A DNA stretch of 64,000 bases from an uncultured Thermoplasmata archaeon (GTDB taxonomy: Archaea; Thermoplasmatota; Thermoplasmata; UBA10834): contig CAVRDX010000003.1 in assembly GCA_963719945.1 (NCBI GenBank), forward strand, positions 128,001-192,000. Direction: 5' to 3'. The notes beneath the pieces are model-generated. The model was not told the DNA's origin, searched no databases, and was given only the letters and a program-made list of their open reading frames with translations. Shown here in pieces: positions 37,450-47,672 of the stretch (its first letter is position 1; each line of letters begins with the position of its first letter). A program made the translations under genes and the position numbers.

Positions 37450-38604
37450 TTGAAGGCTATTGCGATAGACAAGCTGCTCGTGAAGGACATTATGACCCAG
37501 TCTCCACTGACCGCAGATAAGGGTGAGACCGTCTCTCAAATGATATCCAAGATGAGGAAGAACAAGGTCCGGGAGATACCGATTGTTGAAGGAGGCAAAC
37601 CGCTGGGCCTGGTTAGCTACAAGGCCCTATTGGCTCGAAGGAACGTTCCGCTGACAGCCAAAGTCGAGCATATCATGATCCCCTGTCCGAATTTGGAGGA
37701 AGACATGAGCGTGCTACATGCGGCCGAGGAACTGATGTTGGCGGGTGTCCGCGGGGCCCCAGTGGTCAGGAACCACAAGATGGTGGGCTTCCTGTCCCGG
37801 ACCGATATCGTGAAGGTTTTGCCGCAGGTCGACGAATTGAAGGGGCGCATGGTCCAGGATTTCATGAGCAAGACTCCCCAGTCGGTCACCGAGAAGGAGA
37901 CCATCCGAAAGGCCCAGATCATCATGAAGGGTTTGGATGAGAAGGGGTTGCCCGTCGTCGATGATATCGGTCATCTGATCGGTGCCATAGGTATGACCGA
38001 GATCATGGACGTGATGTGGTCGCCGAAGGCTTCGAAGCCTCCAAATGAGATCAAGGGCTCGGACCGACAGGCCGCCGACATTCGAGTCGGGAGCGTCATG
38101 AACCGATCCCCTGTCTACATCTCCCCTACAGATACCGTCGAGAAGGCGGTCTCAATCATGCTCAAGAAGAACCTGTCCACTCTATTCGTGACTGATGAGA
38201 ACAAGCTCATCGGGGTCGTGTCCCAATTCGATCTGATGGAGCAGGTCATCAGCCTCAAACCGAGAGAGGGCGTCTATGTCCAGATAACTGGCCTCGACTT
38301 CGATGATCCCGAAGTGTACGATGTCCTTTACGAACTCATTGGGAAAGCTATGAAGAGGATTGACAGGTTCGAATCGCCCCGAGTGTTCACCCTCCATGCG
38401 AGCGTACACAATCTGGACGGTTTGAAGAGTAAGTACGGCCTGGGCGCAAGACTCACCACTGCGAAAAACATGTACTATGGCAAGATTGTGGATTGGGATT
38501 TATACAAGGCCATGGACGAGCTGCTCAATACGCTCGAGAGGAATGTCAAGCGGGATCACGAGAAGCAACTCGACCAAGTCAAGAAACGGAAATCCAAACT
38601 ATAG
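37450..38604 (+). CDS. Four CBS domains fused to a C-terminal HPF/RaiA-like domain
   Basis: CBS units VKDIMT, VQDFMS, VGSVMN; C-terminal VQITG...DLYKAMDELLNTLERNVKRDHEK; TTG start after AAGGAG. Confidence 0.8.
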   Translation: MKAIAIDKLLVKDIMTQSPLTADKGETVSQMISKMRKNKVREIPIVEGGKPLGLVSYKALLARRNVPLTAKVEHIMIPCPNLEEDMSVLHAAEELMLAGVRGAPVVRNHKMVGFLSRTDIVKVLPQVDELKGRMVQDFMSKTPQSVTEKETIRKAQIIMKGLDEKGLPVVDDIGHLIGAIGMTEIMDVMWSPKASKPPNEIKGSDRQAADIRVGSVMNRSPVYISPTDTVEKAVSIMLKKNLSTLFVTDENKLIGVVSQFDLMEQVISLKPREGVYVQITGLDFDDPEVYDVLYELIGKAMKRIDRFESPRVFTLHASVHNLDGLKSKYGLGARLTTAKNMYYGKIVDWDLYKAMDELLNTLERNVKRDHEKQLDQVKKRKSKL

Positions 38605-39606
38605 ATCCCAATACTCGGACGCATTCCGTTTGCATCGTTCAATCACGCTGCGTCCGAGGCAGCTGTTGTCTATCATGTCAGTGAACTCCATTGGCACTTC
38701 GACTCCTTGCATTGCGCCATAGGCTCCCGTAACCACTTCCGCCAGTGATGGCACGTCATACCCTCCTTCGAGCATGAACGTCGCCCTGTTGTTGCAGCTC
38801 TTGGCCAATTCCAGAAGACTCCTGACCTGTCGCACATGTCCATCTGAGGACAGGCTGAGGGATGCGAGAGGGTCCCTGTAGTGATTATCTACTCCCAAGC
38901 TCACTAATATCGCATCTGGAGCGAACTGCTCCAGTACCGGCTTCAAGAAATCATTGTAGGCCACGTCGTATGTGGAATCTCCACATCCGGACGGGAATGG
39001 CATGTTGAAATTGAACCCCTTCCCTTCTCCTTTGCCGACGAAATCCACATTCCCAGTTCCTGGGAATATGCCCGTCTGATGTGTGGATATATAAAGGACA
39101 TGGGGGTCGCTCGCGAATATTTGCTCAGTCCCGTTTCCGTGATGGACATCCAAGTCGACGATGGCGATCTTACTATCTCCATTCTTGAGAAGATACTTCG
39201 CAGCTATCGATATGTTGTTGAAATAGCAGAATCCCATCCCATAGTTCGGTCCAGAATGGTGGCCAGGTGGTCTCGTCATCGCCAGAGCCGGTTTTCCAGA
39301 ATCCTTGGAGAACCGCACGGCATCAATTGCGCACTCTGCAGAAAGGGCGGCTATTTCATAGGTCTCGTGATGTACTCTGGTATCCATGGTCAGGCTGCAT
39401 TCGCCACAGGTTTCGAGAAAGTCGATGTAATCGCTGTCATGGACGAGTTCCAGGTGCGCCCTCTGTCCCATCTTCGATGCCCTTACATCCCTCCACAAAT
39501 CGTGGGCCTTCAGCTTCTGCACGATCCCACGCAGTCTCTCTGGTGATTCAGGATGGAATGGGTCCTGTACATGCCCGTAGAATTCCTCGTTGAAGAATAT
39601 GGCCAC
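38599..39606 (-). CDS. Zn-dependent deacetylase (HDAC/AcuC family)
   Basis: HPESPERL, RPPGHH, GFCYFNN, DLDVHHGNGT, DPL, LEGGY. Confidence 0.93.
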   Translation of the reverse strand: MAIFFNEEFYGHVQDPFHPESPERLRGIVQKLKAHDLWRDVRASKMGQRAHLELVHDSDYIDFLETCGECSLTMDTRVHHETYEIAALSAECAIDAVRFSKDSGKPALAMTRPPGHHSGPNYGMGFCYFNNISIAAKYLLKNGDSKIAIVDLDVHHGNGTEQIFASDPHVLYISTHQTGIFPGTGNVDFVGKGEGKGFNFNMPFPSGCGDSTYDVAYNDFLKPVLEQFAPDAILVSLGVDNHYRDPLASLSLSSDGHVRQVRSLLELAKSCNNRATFMLEGGYDVPSLAEVVTGAYGAMQGVEVPMEFTDMIDNSCLGRSVIERCKRNASEYWDL

Positions 39607-39702
39607 GTAACTCCCTTAATCGAGTCTCCGTAGATAAGCGTTATCTCAGACACTGACTGACTTGCGCAATGTTCATATCGGATCGGATTCCCTTTCACTT
39701 CC

Positions 39703-40302
39703 ATGATTGATTCGACCATTCGATATTTCGACTCGCCTGGTAAGAGGAACACCGATCATGTCATGGATGCTGTGGCCAGACGGTTGGAACTCGGTGGCAT
39801 CACACACATTGTCGTTGCCAGCAATTCCGGATATACCGTCGAGAGGTTGCTCTCCAGAATTGTCGGCATTCCTGTCAAGGTTGTGGCGGTCACCCATCAT
39901 TGCGGATTCGAGGCGGAAGGAGAATGCGAGATGGGACGGGATGTGGAAGATTCGCTTAACTCCAAAGGTGTGCGGATCGTGAGAGCTTCGCACGTGTTAT
40001 CTGGCATAGAACGTTCAATCACCAGAAAGCTGGGTGGCGCATCTCGCCTGGAGGCGATTTCGGAATCCTTGCGGGCCCTCTTCGGCCAAGGACTCAAAGT
40101 ATGCGTCGAGATCACGGTGATGGCTGCTGATAACGGAGCGATTCCTTGCGGAGATCTCGAAGTAATGGCCATCGGCGGCACGGGGACTGGGGCAGATACC
40201 GCCTGTGTTGTCAGGCCAGCTCATGCGAATTCCTTTTTCGATTTCGAGATACGGGAGATACTTGCGATTCCAAGGGTCAAGCGAAAGGGAAAGCGAAAGT
40301 AA
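39703..40302 (+). CDS. Conserved protein with pyruvate kinase C-terminal-like alpha/beta fold
   Basis: YFDSPGKRNT, VVASNSG, HVLSGIER, GQGLKVCVEITVMAADNG, GGTGTGADTA. Confidence 0.8.
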   Translation: MIDSTIRYFDSPGKRNTDHVMDAVARRLELGGITHIVVASNSGYTVERLLSRIVGIPVKVVAVTHHCGFEAEGECEMGRDVEDSLNSKGVRIVRASHVLSGIERSITRKLGGASRLEAISESLRALFGQGLKVCVEITVMAADNGAIPCGDLEVMAIGGTGTGADTACVVRPAHANSFFDFEIREILAIPRVKRKGKRK

Positions 40303-40340
40303 CATATGCTCGGGACAGTCGTCCCAATAGTGGTAGGGAC

Positions 40341-40724
40341 ATGAGTGTCGAACAGCTTGTGGTAATGATCATAGCATTGATACTCGTGGTATTGATCTTC
40401 TTCGTCAGTGCGTCTCTGGTTGGCGGGGATTGGTCGATGGATGGGTCTTATGCCCTACGTCTTGTGCTCATATCTTTCATGGCCGTTCTGGTTATTCCGC
40501 TTCTCAGAAACATCGCCTCAGAGGCGGATTTCGGAGACCTCGGGTTGTTACTCGCTTTTGTAGTGCTCGTCGTGGCCGTCAGGTTCGTCCTTGTGGAGGA
40601 ACTGCCAGTGTCCGATGATTGGGCAGCTTCGCTAGTCATATCTTTTATAGGGGTCATCCTAATTTATTTGGTCGAGGAGATCGCCCAGAGAGTCTTCGAT
40701 GTGCACATGCTTGCGGTATTCTAG
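40341..40724 (+). CDS. Small 4-TM membrane protein
   Basis: Four hydrophobic segments; ATG at 40341. Confidence 0.65.
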   Translation: MSVEQLVVMIIALILVVLIFFVSASLVGGDWSMDGSYALRLVLISFMAVLVIPLLRNIASEADFGDLGLLLAFVVLVVAVRFVLVEELPVSDDWAASLVISFIGVILIYLVEEIAQRVFDVHMLAVF

Positions 40725-41806
40725 ATACTTCTGAACTCCTTTGTGCATGGGGTGAGTATCTGGCAACCCTTCTTGGTGATTAGCACATCATCCTCTATGC
40801 GCACCCCACCGAACCCCTTTATGTATGCGCCGGGCTCGACTGTAAGGACCATTCCTTCCTCCAGGGTCATATCCCTTGCGTATGATATCGCACCTGGGTC
40901 ATGGACCGACATTCCAAGGCCGTGTCCTGTACTATGAATGAATCGTCCTCTGAACTTGCTCCTGTCGATGACTCCCCTCGCTGCCAGATCCACTTCCTTA
41001 CCACTGACGCCTGCATGGATCGCATCGATGGCAGCCATCTGTGCTTCGAGGACCGTCTCGTACATCTCCTTCTGTCTTTGATTCGGCTGCCCGCAAATGA
41101 AAGTCCTGGTTATGTCCGACACATATCTCTTGTACTCAGCGCCAAAATCGAACAATGCGAGCTGTCCTTTTCTCAACCTCTTCTGGCCGGGATAGTAATG
41201 CGGCTCAGCGCTGCTCGCTCCAAAAGCGACTGCAGTGACGAAAGCCGGTCCCGCGGCCCCGAGTCTCATCATCATGTGATTGAGTTCCGCAGCGCCCTCG
41301 GTCTCAGTGTGTCCTTCCGAGACCATATCCGGTATCTTCTCAGCAGCCAATGTGGCGATCTTGCAGGCTTTCTTGATTCTGATGATTTCATCGGGTTGCT
41401 TCAACATTCGGGCATTCTCGATATCCTGTGAGACATCGAGCAACCTGATACCCTTGGCCGCTTTCTTGATCTTGAGATAATTGGCGTGTGTCAACTCGCG
41501 CGCGTTGACCCCTACCGTTCGGTACCCCTTCAGCTTCCTTTCCAGTAACTTGGCACGGTGTTCAGTGCTTTCGAATACCGTCGTCTTCACTCCGGAGGTC
41601 TCTGCACTGAGTTCTTCCAGCTCCGAACTGATCACCTCGGTCTTCTTGGGGGTGACAATGGCTATGCATCCTTCGAAAAGACCGTTTGGGATGCCAGTGG
41701 CATAGAAGAAGCTCTTGTCCAGGTTCGGGTCCGTACCATTCATTAGCACTACAGCGTCCACTTCGGTCTTCATGGACGCAAAGATGCACTTCTCCTTCGT
41801 CGGCAA
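40721..41806 (-). CDS. Xaa-Pro aminopeptidase/prolidase (M24B)
   Basis: EPH, DFGA..YVSDITRT, HSTGHGLG..VHD, TVEPGAY, GGVRIEDD; start moved to TTG 41806. Confidence 0.93.
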   Translation of the reverse strand: MPTKEKCIFASMKTEVDAVVLMNGTDPNLDKSFFYATGIPNGLFEGCIAIVTPKKTEVISSELEELSAETSGVKTTVFESTEHRAKLLERKLKGYRTVGVNARELTHANYLKIKKAAKGIRLLDVSQDIENARMLKQPDEIIRIKKACKIATLAAEKIPDMVSEGHTETEGAAELNHMMMRLGAAGPAFVTAVAFGASSAEPHYYPGQKRLRKGQLALFDFGAEYKRYVSDITRTFICGQPNQRQKEMYETVLEAQMAAIDAIHAGVSGKEVDLAARGVIDRSKFRGRFIHSTGHGLGMSVHDPGAISYARDMTLEEGMVLTVEPGAYIKGFGGVRIEDDVLITKKGCQILTPCTKEFRSI

Positions 41807-41855
41807 GTGATCACTGGCAGAATAATGTGTGTCACGATATAAGAGGTTGATGAGC

Positions 41856-42662
41856 CTAAACTCCAACCCACATGTGTCCGGTGATCTTCCTTATGGCCGA
41901 TATTGCAGACAATGCTGCCAGGTAACTCGTCTTCGGATTGCGAGGCGACGGTAGATTCCTAGTAACCACATCCAGCTCGCCGAACCTCCCCTTTGCCCTC
42001 AGGTTGTGCTCGTTGGTCTTGACTTGCGGGTCACAGACTATCCTTATCGTGGTCTTCTCGAAGCCGATCCCTGCGAGCGATATCGTGGCGGCGACATTGA
42101 TGTTCTGGGGGAAATGCTTGACCGCCTCCCTGGCCGAACCCTGGAACAACTCCGTCCTTACGCGTATTTCCGAGGGGATGATCCCTTTGGATTCCAGATA
42201 TGCGCTGGGTCCGAAGGCCGATGGAGGTTTCGTAGTCGTGAGCGTCACCTCATCTATCTCCTCCATGCTCGCCGAGGAGAGGGCGTCGATTCCTCCTATG
42301 GCTCCGCTCGGGATGAATATCTTGGCACCCTTTCTCTTCGATAATCGGTAAGCATCCGCCTGGAACTCCTCGTCCTGGAAGACACCAACGCTCATGACTA
42401 GAACATTCACCCCTGCCGAAAGGGCAAGAGGCACATAGTATCTGGCAGCATCCTGACTGGCTGCCTCGGCAACCAATCCTATCTCCCCCAGGATAGGAAC
42501 AATGTCCGGGACATAAACGACCTTCTTAGTATGCTCCTGAAGCCTGGTCGCACATTCCTGGGACCGATCAGTCAGGTATGTGGTTTCCACCTCTGGAAAG
42601 CCGTCCACAGCCTTCGCGATTGTCGTACCAATCGCGCCACATCCGATGACGCAGATCTTCAC
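41856..42662 (-). CDS. nadX: L-aspartate dehydrogenase
   Basis: IGCGAIG, EAAS, SGAIGGID, FPQNINVAAT, NPKTSYLAALS; GTG start at 42662. Confidence 0.92.
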   Translation of the reverse strand: MKICVIGCGAIGTTIAKAVDGFPEVETTYLTDRSQECATRLQEHTKKVVYVPDIVPILGEIGLVAEAASQDAARYYVPLALSAGVNVLVMSVGVFQDEEFQADAYRLSKRKGAKIFIPSGAIGGIDALSSASMEEIDEVTLTTTKPPSAFGPSAYLESKGIIPSEIRVRTELFQGSAREAVKHFPQNINVAATISLAGIGFEKTTIRIVCDPQVKTNEHNLRAKGRFGELDVVTRNLPSPRNPKTSYLAALSAISAIRKITGHMWVGV

Positions 42663-42786
42663 ATTATGCCTGAGATAGGGGTGAATATAAAAACTTTCAG
42701 AGCCAACAATTATCGTTCCTGCCTGGAACTGGTATATGCATCTATGCAGCATCCTTTTTGAACAGGAAATATGGTATCCATTCTTG

Positions 42787-44187
42787 ATGAACGACCTCTC
42801 TGACAAGCTAGCCAAGGCTGTGAGGTCACGATTATGCAACTCCTGCGATTATGTCGAATTAAGGGCAGAATCCACAGTTCACACTGCTATCGACCATCGC
42901 GATTCGAGCATCGAAGTGATCTCTCGCAGATATGAGTCAGGACACTCCGCGCGGGTTCTAAAAAATGGCTGCTGGGGTTTCTCCGTATCTGATGGTTTCC
43001 GGGACATCCAATCTACAATCAGGAACGCTGCGAAAGCCGCATCCGTAGTTCCTCCGAGAGAAGATGAGGCCTTTGCTGGATTATGCAAGATCAAGCCAGT
43101 CCAGCGGCATATCCGCTCGCGCACAAAAGAGCCCATTCACGAAATCGATATAGATGAAAAGGTCTCGTTCCTGAAGGATGTATGTCAAGGCATAATCCAT
43201 TCTGATCCAAGGATCACAACATCCCTCACGAACTATCGTGACACCTCCGGTAAGAAACTGCTGGTCACTAGTGAGGGGACATGCATCGAGACAGATGTCA
43301 CGCTGGTGAATCTCATGACCACCGCATCAGGTCGAGTCGATGGGCGTTCCGTATCGTCCAGGGACGAAGTAGCGACCGTGACTCATGGTTGGAATCTATT
43401 CGAGAAGAAGGAGACTGCGGAAACGATAACGGGGAGGTTAGTGAAGCGGATTCAGGGTCAGATGAACGGGGTTCCTGCGAAACGCGGGACATTCCCGTGC
43501 GTCCTTTCTCCAAGAGTCGTCGGCATGCTCGCCCATGAGGCGCTCGGGCATCTTGCCGAAGCGGATTTCTTCTCTGCTGGGGCTTTCGGAGGTCTTGAAG
43601 GAAAGCGGGTTGCTCCTGAGAGCGTCACGATAATAGATTCCCCTTCAATAGACGATGGCTTTGGCAACATCAAGATAGATGACGAGGGTGTAGTTGCGAG
43701 AGACGCGGTCCTGATACGAAATGGTGTTCTGGGCGAGCAGATGACTGACCGAGAATGGGCTGCCCGCCTCGGGGCCCGTCCAACAGGAAACGCACGAGCC
43801 GAATCCTACAGAGTGCCTCCGATCATCAGGATGAGGAACACATACTTTGCAGAGGGTGACATGTCTCTCGATGAATTACTCGAGGACAAGAAATTCGGCT
43901 ATTATTGTGTCGACGTCAGGGGTGGCCAGGCCGAGTCCAATTCGAGCTTCCAGGTCGGCATCCAAGAATGCTATGAGATTCGTAATGGCGAGATAACAAA
44001 GCCCGTCCGCAACCTCGCGATCAGTGGGATCGCTGTCAATTCGCTGCAGTTGATCGACGGCCTCGGAGATGATTTCGATATCGAATCGAGCTATTGCGGG
44101 AAGTTATTCCAGTATATGGCGACCAGCGACGGCGGTCCCCATATGAGTCTGAATAAAGGAGCCATCGTCTTCGGGGGATCGGGATGA
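42787..44187 (+). CDS. tldD: TldD metalloprotease subunit
   Basis: AHEALGH, DDEG, TGNAR, RMRNTY, CGK. Confidence 0.9.
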   Translation: MNDLSDKLAKAVRSRLCNSCDYVELRAESTVHTAIDHRDSSIEVISRRYESGHSARVLKNGCWGFSVSDGFRDIQSTIRNAAKAASVVPPREDEAFAGLCKIKPVQRHIRSRTKEPIHEIDIDEKVSFLKDVCQGIIHSDPRITTSLTNYRDTSGKKLLVTSEGTCIETDVTLVNLMTTASGRVDGRSVSSRDEVATVTHGWNLFEKKETAETITGRLVKRIQGQMNGVPAKRGTFPCVLSPRVVGMLAHEALGHLAEADFFSAGAFGGLEGKRVAPESVTIIDSPSIDDGFGNIKIDDEGVVARDAVLIRNGVLGEQMTDREWAARLGARPTGNARAESYRVPPIIRMRNTYFAEGDMSLDELLEDKKFGYYCVDVRGGQAESNSSFQVGIQECYEIRNGEITKPVRNLAISGIAVNSLQLIDGLGDDFDIESSYCGKLFQYMATSDGGPHMSLNKGAIVFGGSG

Positions 44188-45572
44188 TGACCCACAAATC
44201 TCTCGGACAGGAGACCGAATTGAGGGGAGTCCTTGAGACAATCCCTGATCATGCGAGAAGGCTGGGCTTGGATGAATTCGAAGTCTTTGCGTATTCGAAA
44301 TCCTCCAGACGCCTGATGATCGATACGAACCGTATCAACTCAGCTACCGCTGTCAATAGCACGGGCCTGTTGATCAGGGTCGTGCGCGATGCCAGGGCAG
44401 GTGCATCGTTCTGCAGTTCGTTTAGATCAAAGGACATCGAGAGATGCATGCGTAGCGCGAAAGCCATCACAGCTTCTAACCAACCGGATGCCAATTGGCC
44501 TGGATTCCCCTGTGCGAAGGGCAATTATCCTGAGATCAAGGGTCTTTTCGATCCCAGACTCGTCTCCCTAGAACTCGACAGGCTGAAGGATATGGCCGCG
44601 ACTATGATTGAAGGTGCCAGAGCGGTCGCAAAACCCATTTCTGTCACCCTCGGAGGCGTGGAATGCATAATCCAATCGACAGGCGTGCTAAATTCGTCTG
44701 GAATAGACGCATATAGGCAAGAGACTGCACTCCAGGCTTTCTGCGTATCGCTCTGGGGGTCTGGATCGTCGGTTACGGCGGAGTCCGCTCAGGAATCGAT
44801 GTCTCGTTCGATGAATATGGATTTCGAGAAGATCGGTCGAGACAGTGCCGAGATTGCATTCAAATCCTCCGTCATAGCAGATTCCAGCACCGGTGAGTGC
44901 GATGTGGTCTTCAGTCCAGCCGCGCTCGGTAGCGGTGACTCGGGCCTCCTGAACATAATGATGCAGAAAGCCTTGTCTGGCCAGAGCGTCGTTAGAAGGA
45001 ATTCGTTTCTGTCGGAATTATTGGGGGAACAAATTGCCCCTGAGGGACTCACGATCTATGATAATCCTGTCCTGAGTGGCGTCATAGGATCCAGGCAGTT
45101 CGATGATGAAGGCATGCCGACGAAGAAGAAGACGCTGATAAAGGACGGCGTCGTGACCGGTTTCGTCTGGGACAGTTACTATGGCGCGATGGCCCATAAA
45201 CCATCGACTGGGAACGCAATCAGGGACCAGCTCACCGGCGCGATATCTTCATCTCCCCTGAACCTCCAGATCCGACCTGGTAGGGGTGAGCTCGAGGACC
45301 TCGTGTCCGAGGTCGACGATGGATATCTCGTATGGGCTGGTCAAGGTATACATACCAGCAATCTTGAGACTGGAGATTTCTCCTTCGTTGCGAATCCTGG
45401 TTTGAAGATACACAAAGGCGAGATAGTCGGTGGGGTGAGGGGAGTCATGATTTCTGGAAATCTGTTAGAGCTCCTCAAAGGAACCTCTCAGATAGGTGCC
45501 GATATCACTGATTATGGCAATAATCTAATGCCTAGCATTAGATTCGGCAACGTCAAAGTGACGACTGGCTGA
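44184..45572 (+). CDS. pmbA: TldE/PmbA subunit
   Basis: FDDEG, STGNA, TGDFS, MISGN; no HExxH; overlaps the tldD stop. Confidence 0.88.
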   Translation: MMTHKSLGQETELRGVLETIPDHARRLGLDEFEVFAYSKSSRRLMIDTNRINSATAVNSTGLLIRVVRDARAGASFCSSFRSKDIERCMRSAKAITASNQPDANWPGFPCAKGNYPEIKGLFDPRLVSLELDRLKDMAATMIEGARAVAKPISVTLGGVECIIQSTGVLNSSGIDAYRQETALQAFCVSLWGSGSSVTAESAQESMSRSMNMDFEKIGRDSAEIAFKSSVIADSSTGECDVVFSPAALGSGDSGLLNIMMQKALSGQSVVRRNSFLSELLGEQIAPEGLTIYDNPVLSGVIGSRQFDDEGMPTKKKTLIKDGVVTGFVWDSYYGAMAHKPSTGNAIRDQLTGAISSSPLNLQIRPGRGELEDLVSEVDDGYLVWAGQGIHTSNLETGDFSFVANPGLKIHKGEIVGGVRGVMISGNLLELLKGTSQIGADITDYGNNLMPSIRFGNVKVTTG

Positions 45573-45580
45573 GTGTACCG

Positions 45581-46264
45581 ATGCAGGCATCACGACAAGG
45601 TGCAAGGAAGAAGGCGGCTGTGGTCGACAGTCTGCTCGTGAAATCCTATCGTGACGATAAGGTAGTCCCAAAGGACGATCCGCTCGATACATTGGTCGAG
45701 ACCATACTCTCTCAGAATACAACCGATCTCAATTCTCACAGGAGCTACTTGGCTCTGAAGAAGCAATATCCGACATGGGAGTCCATGGAACGTGAAGACC
45801 CTGCGAAAATCGCCAAGATAATTCGATCAGGTGGATTGGCCGAGATCAAGGCGAATAGGATATTGGATGCTCTTGAATACATACGATCCGAGAGGGGAAA
45901 CCTCGGACTGGATTTTCTGAGGCAGATGACGCCTTTCCAGGCTGACAGATGGCTTGCTGGAATGAAGGGAGTGGGACCAAAGACTCGTGCGATTGTTCTG
46001 CTGTTTTCATTGGACATGCCTGCATTCCCCGTCGACACCCACGTACACAGAGTATCCCGCAGGCTCGGATTGATCAGCGAGAAGACCTCCAGGGAGTCTG
46101 CCCAGGAAGAGCTAGCGGATATTGTGCCTTTGCGGAGGTTCTATCCATTCCACATCAATCTGATTGAGCACGGACGGGCAGTCTGCCGATCTCAAAAACC
46201 TCGATGTGAGGCATGCCAGATATCTCACCTATGCGATGATTACCAATCACGGCACGGGGCATAG
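45581..46264 (+). CDS. nth: Endonuclease III
   Basis: ILSQNTTD, GVGPKT, FPVDTHVHR, HGRAVCRSQKPRCEACQISHLC. Confidence 0.92.
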   Translation: MQASRQGARKKAAVVDSLLVKSYRDDKVVPKDDPLDTLVETILSQNTTDLNSHRSYLALKKQYPTWESMEREDPAKIAKIIRSGGLAEIKANRILDALEYIRSERGNLGLDFLRQMTPFQADRWLAGMKGVGPKTRAIVLLFSLDMPAFPVDTHVHRVSRRLGLISEKTSRESAQEELADIVPLRRFYPFHINLIEHGRAVCRSQKPRCEACQISHLCDDYQSRHGA

Positions 46265-46298
46265 AGTTGATATATGCTCGAGTCCACTGTCAATCTGC

Positions 46299-46703
46299 AT
46301 GAGATACAGGCTGTTGGAGCACACTGCCGATGCGATGGTCGAAGTCCATGGGGAGACCTTGGAAGAGAGATTCGCAAACGCGGCATATGCTATGTTCGAT
46401 CAGATGACCGACGTGAGCAAGATTCAGCCAACTGGCGAGATGAGGATACAGATTGAGACTGAGTCAATGGAACAGCTTCTCGTCGACTTCCTGCAGGAAC
46501 TCCTCTTCCTGCATGATGCAGAGAACTTGGTATTCAGCAGGTTCGACATCACTCTGAACGGAACTAAACTAGATGCACGGATCCACGGGGAGGAATTCGA
46601 TGATGAGCGACATACGAAGCGTTCGGTCGTGAAGGGTGTGACTTATCATAAGCTCGAATTCAACGATGCTCAGAAGACACTGGTTGTGCTCTTCGATGTG
46701 TGA
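46299..46703 (+). CDS. Archease
   Basis: LEHTAD, VKGVTYH, LFDV C-terminus. Confidence 0.93.
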   Translation: MRYRLLEHTADAMVEVHGETLEERFANAAYAMFDQMTDVSKIQPTGEMRIQIETESMEQLLVDFLQELLFLHDAENLVFSRFDITLNGTKLDARIHGEEFDDERHTKRSVVKGVTYHKLEFNDAQKTLVVLFDV

Positions 46704-46709
46704 GGTCTG

Positions 46710-47672
46710 ATGATGAAATCATCCGCGATAGCGTATCCGATCCAAGGGCTGATAAAATATCACGGACTCAAGGACGAGCAGCTCCGGTTGCCATATCACG
46801 ATTCCATCTCGGTCTCCACATCTCCCACAGCGAGCCACACGACTATTGAATTCGGCGATTTCGAAGAGGATGTGGCGGAGGTTGATTCACGCACGCTGAC
46901 TGGGAGGGAGCTCGAGAGGGTACTTTCAGTCGTTGATGTCGTGCGGTCGAGAGCCGGTATCGAAGATCGTTTCAGGATGGTATCGAAGAATAACTTCCCA
47001 TCGAACGTGGGGTTGGGATCGTCAGCCTCAGGATTCGCTGCGCTCGCAGTAGCGTCATGCGATGCGGCCAAGCTCGATCTGTCTCTCGAACAAATTTCGG
47101 TCATTGCGCGTCGTGGCGCAGGCTCCGCATCGCGCTCCGTCACCGGTGGATTCTCTAGATGGAAAGCCGGCCATGATGATGAGGAATCGTATTCATACCA
47201 GATCGCGTCTGAGGATTTCGAGATGGGGATTCTGGTAGCACTCATCCCTGCTTTCAAGTACACGGAGAATGCGCATAAATCTGTGTTGGGATCCCCCTTC
47301 TTCCATTCGCGACTTGCCTATGTCCATGGCGCCCTCTCCGAGATGGAGAACGCTATCAAGAAGAGGGATATCGACCGCGTAGGGATGCTGGCCGAGCGTG
47401 ACTCTTTGATTCTGCATGGGATAACGATGACCGGCATTGACGAAACGATCCTTTGGAGACCGGATACGGTGAAGGTGATACTCGAGGTTCGGAAGATGCG
47501 TTCCGAAGGAGTCCCGGCATTCTTCTCGATAGATACTGGTGCCACCGTATACGTCAACACGCATCTGGAGCACGTCGCTGAGGTCGAGAAAAGATTGAAA
47601 GAAGTGGATCTTGAGATTATCAGATGCGGCGTCGGCGGGAAGGCCAGGCTGACGGACGACCATCTGTTCTAG
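46710..47672 (+). CDS. mvaD: (Di)phosphomevalonate decarboxylase family, haloarchaeal PMD-like
   Basis: PIQGLIKYHG, PYHDSISV, GLGSSASGFAAL, ARRGAGSASRS, SIDTGATVY. Confidence 0.85.
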   Translation: MMKSSAIAYPIQGLIKYHGLKDEQLRLPYHDSISVSTSPTASHTTIEFGDFEEDVAEVDSRTLTGRELERVLSVVDVVRSRAGIEDRFRMVSKNNFPSNVGLGSSASGFAALAVASCDAAKLDLSLEQISVIARRGAGSASRSVTGGFSRWKAGHDDEESYSYQIASEDFEMGILVALIPAFKYTENAHKSVLGSPFFHSRLAYVHGALSEMENAIKKRDIDRVGMLAERDSLILHGITMTGIDETILWRPDTVKVILEVRKMRSEGVPAFFSIDTGATVYVNTHLEHVAEVEKRLKEVDLEIIRCGVGGKARLTDDHLF

